Below, in pieces: positions 60,530 to 64,000 of a stretch of DNA of 64,000 nt (position 1 is its first letter; each line of letters opens with the position of its first letter). The notes beneath the pieces were generated by a model. That model was not told where the DNA came from. It saw only the letters and a list, made by a program, of their open reading frames with translations, and did not search any database. The stretch comes from Harriotta raleighana (Eukaryota), in contig JBNZDD010013634.1 of the NCBI GenBank assembly GCA_050575255.1, positions 1,950,280 to 2,014,279 of the forward strand, written 5' to 3'. Position numbers and translations under genes: made by a program.

Positions 60530-62074
60530 ACTGTTTCAAAGGGGCTCAGTGTCCATTGCAATATTAATCTCAGGCACTTCGTGAAACTAATCACTGTTTC
60601 TGTATGCACTGTAAGTTTTACAAAAAAACAGGTTTGACGAGTCAATACTACCATAATGTGTTTTGATTAGGAGAATGTCATTTTTAAAAGATTTTCACAG
60701 ACGTTAAGCTTTTTTCTTTTGTATCATCCTATCTACACTTTACCTCATTTGAATTTGGAGAAAGTACAGATTTCATGCACAAAAACTATGCTTCAGGTGA
60801 AGATGTGATTTGTGAGATAATGCGATTTTTAAAAATGTCCTTCCTTGATGACCTTCCTTGATGGATTAAAAAAAGGATGTTAACAAGAAGCCAGAGTAGC
60901 AATGTTGAATCTATTGATTTTGCTGTCACTCTAAAGTATGAATTTTAATGCTTTCCCCTTTGGAGTGTGCCTGTGTATGTGTGTGTGTGTGTGCCTTATA
61001 TCATTGGAATGAATAAATTAACGATTTACTACTTTGTAGTTTTGACTTATGGATCTTGAAATGAGTAGACCGCTATTCAGGTGGTATGTATAGCTGGTAA
61101 TAGGAAGAAGCTATTGTCTTCATTCTGATCGAGTCTGTATTTGCCCTCTTATTGCCTTGGCTCTTTTATGAATCTCTGGTGATATGGAATTCATTGATTT
61201 CCCTCCCTCCTGTTATTTATTAATCTGTATTAAATAGTTCCCTAATCTTCCACTCTCTGTGAATGGAATCAATCAATTCTCAAAATTCATTGCTGGATGT
61301 TGTCTTATTCCAGGTTGTTCTGGAACTCAAATATGGTAAAAAAAAATCAATGCAGTGTCTTGTTTGCACATGGCATCACTTGGGAGAAAGATTTCTCAAT
61401 CCGATGTTGGTTCATGAAAATATTAATTGTCATCTAAATGAATCTGGGAAAGTGCCATTTTAAATAAGTAGAATGAACAGAAACAAAGTCTGTAATGATG
61501 ACTCAATTTTATTGAGAGTTATTTGTTTTCCTATATAATAAATAATGGTACTGTAACATGTGATGAGTAAAATTAAACAAGATGTTTTTAAGCACCAGGT
61601 TTAATTTATTTAGAGGAGAGTTTTGACAGTTCATATTTCAATATTTCAATCGCACAACTCCAATCAAATTTGCAAATTCTACAAAAAAAGGTTTGAACAG
61701 AACAGAACCAGTTTGAAAACTATTACTTTTTAGAAAATTTTAAAAATATGTATTCCTTGTCATGATAGGCTATAGCCTTCAAATTACACCCTGGAGGGAT
61801 TTCCGTTTGTAATGATTTTTAATGAGCTTCCCCTGGTAGCATCTAGAGGTAGAAAGGTAACTGAGGGGAGAATAATAGTTAATATGTTTAACTCTCAAAA
61901 TCTAACGAGGAGTGGGATCTTGCAAATCTTTGATGAGGACCTTAAACCATATTTACAAATATTAATGGGTTCTTAATGTTGGATATTAATTTTCAGTCAT
62001 TCCTCATTTCTCTCCCCCCCCCCACCACCCCCCACCACACCACCACTGCCACCCAACACAAATCACCGCACCTG

Positions 62075-62402
62075 ATTATAATAATAATAATCCTTGCATT
62101 TGATATAACACTTTTCACGTCTTCTAGACGTCTCAAAGTGCTTCACAGAATATACTGTAAAGTGAATTGACTGGATATTTGTGGGCGAAATGCGGCAGCC
62201 AATTGTGGACAGCAGAGTCCCCCAAACAGTCGAGGATTTAAATCAGCAACTTTATTGTTGTTTGTTTTTTTGGAGGGATTATTATTAGGTGTGTGGAGTA
62301 AGGAAACTTGTCCACGGTTTTGCCCTGTCCTGCCTAGGTTCGAATAGAGGTCTCACACTTGTAAGGCAAGTGCTCTAACCATTGAGCTGCAGGAGCTCCA
62401 CA
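62075..62402 (-). mobile_element. tRNA-derived SINE, full length, same family
   Basis: Reverse complement has A box, B-box-like ttcgaacc, body and (TAT)n tail. Confidence 0.88.
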
Positions 62403-62457
62403 ATTGATTGAAGACTACCATAAACATAGCGGAGATTGGAATTGGATCATTTTCCTT

Positions 62458-62592
62458 CTATAATGATGTTTGCTCTTTCCATGTTTTGGACTTTCTTTTT
62501 TCTGAGTCCCGCTCTGGAGTCAGCTTCTCTGCCTCGCAGAACTTTCCCACCGTTTCTCTGCTGCGTTCCCCCATTTGCTTCTTTCTGTCCTC
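62458..62592 (-). CDS. Probable last coding exon of the same gene (EDRKKQMGERSRETVGKFCEAEKLTPERDSEKRKSKTWKEQTSL*)
   Basis: Acceptor gtactgttgcag, phase 0 matching the upstream donor, 44 codons plus TAG, purine-rich. Confidence 0.55.
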   Translation of the reverse strand, partial: EDRKKQMGERSRETVGKFCEAEKLTPERDSEKRKSKTWKEQTSL

Positions 62593-63270
62593 CTGCAACA
62601 GTACACAGACAGTGGTATACAGGAGGACAGTTTTATTTGAACCCTATCCTAAATAAAGTAGATTCTGAAAACTTTAACATCAAATATCAAAGCAATTTGC
62701 TTTTGATTTTTTTTTTCCTTGAGCCTAGCTGGCGGTTGGCCAAGGGACCTCTGATTATTTTCTTGCCCAGTTACTGAACAGAGACATGCACCTTTGCACA
62801 GTAAATACGCCACACTATTAACTAGACAATTTATGTGCCATACTGTAGTTAATATATCTAATCAGAGCAAATACAAATGTCCTGTTTGGATGAGGAAGGA
62901 GAGGAATGTTGTTGTAGGAAATATCTCATTTAAAGTGCTGAGAATTGAAAGTGAAATGCTACAGGGTCTTAAAACAGGTGCTCGATAGGATGGCCTGGCT
63001 GCACTCGGCCTCTTCGCTTGAGAAAGTATCTAGCTCTCTGTCATGGTTTTCCATGTTAACATATGAACGTCAGGGGCACAATGTAATCATTAGGTTCCAG
63101 ATTGCACAATGATGGAAGGCGATACATCAGCCATCTACTGTCTCACAATCTCTCACTAACAACCCAACAATGTTTTTATCATTCCTGTGCAACCAATAAT
63201 GTGAATCGATCTGCCTTGTGTAAAAAAAATGTGTTGCAAGGTAATGGAGGAGAGTTTCAGGCTATCTTAC

Positions 63271-63523
63271 CTGCTGCTGAATTTCTTTCATTTCATCAGA
63301 TTTCACTTTCTGTGCCTCCACGGATTCCCGCCTGGCTGTGACTCCCTGGAGATGTGCCAGTCTGTGTACTTCTCTCACCCGGTCCTCTGAAGAGATGGAT
63401 TGAAACGCGTCCTGGGGTTTCAGCAGCTGTGAGCGTTTTTTGGCTCTGTGCCTCTCAATTAGTTCATACTCACGTTCTGCCGCCTTCTGGAAATCATCCT
63501 GCAGTTGCTGAAGTGTCTTCTCT
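63271..63523 (-). CDS. Coding exon of a convergent gene, charged helical peptide (EKTLQQLQDDFQKAAEREYELIERHRAKKR...KVKSDEMKEIQQQ); C11orf16-like by synteny only
   Basis: Acceptor cttatttctctttcag, donor CAG|gtaaga, 253 nt = 1 + 84 open codons. Identity is inferred from human gene order, not from sequence recognition. Confidence 0.7.
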
Positions 63524-64000
63524 CTGAAAGAGAAATAAGTGAAGTAATGTTACCTTAATAATAATAATTCACGTGTTACCTTGAAGAAAATAATTGGAAA
63601 TTGCAGCTCTCCCACAACTTTCATATCCTTGTATGATCTGCAATGCAACAAACCCCAGAAGAAATGTGTTCTCAATTTAGGGTGTGTGATTAGGAGAGGA
63701 ATCCAAATGTTTGTTGTTTTTAAGTACATTTGGTTTCAGTTTCGGTCCTGCAATTGAGTTTAAGCATCTGCACTTCCACCTTTGAGACATGGATCTGAAC
63801 ACAAAGAAAAGTCTCCTATCATTTCTCATTGCCCGGTGTTCGAAGATGGAATAAAGTTGTGGTGGGCATGAATGGACATCAAAGTAAACAGGTTATTGTT
63901 TGGTATTAAATTGGAAGTGGCATTCGGAAGAGTCATGAAAATGGACGGTATGGAAGATTTCGGATTGACGCATTCGAGGATTTTTTCTGAGGTTCATTTT

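Noticed and set aside
63580-63637. Possible extra - strand exon upstream of 63523
   Set aside because: The required frame contains a stop and the implied intron would be only about 55 nt.

Overview
AT-rich (roughly 40% GC by eye) eukaryotic genomic DNA with intron/exon structure. The repeat content (tRNA-SINEs with L2-type tails, Deu-domain SINEs, CR1 and L2 LINE fragments, hAT and Tigger-like MITEs) points to a cartilaginous fish, possibly a holocephalan; this is inferred, not proven. The one gene I recognise is AKIP1 (+ strand, about 51.3-60.5 kb), identified from motifs recalled from human AKIP1 across five coding exons. The main surprise is that its first coding exon does not close at the expected donor. 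The frame stays open for 5.7 kb (52489-58173, 1894 aa) through what would be the intron, across successive 14/9/13/18-aa repeat blocks: RxxSP repeats, about 17 CxxH motifs, acidic repeats and KSP repeats. The locus could therefore encode a ~170-220 aa canonical AKIP1 and a giant repeat isoform. AKIP1 also has a tandemly duplicated internal exon and a promoter with two divergent ZNF143-type motifs. By synteny with human 11p15 (DENND2B/ST5 - AKIP1 - C11orf16), 1-50 kb is probably the 5' intronic region of DENND2B (- strand; only candidate exons seen). The two - strand exons at 62.4-63.5 kb are probably the 3' end of a C11orf16-like gene.
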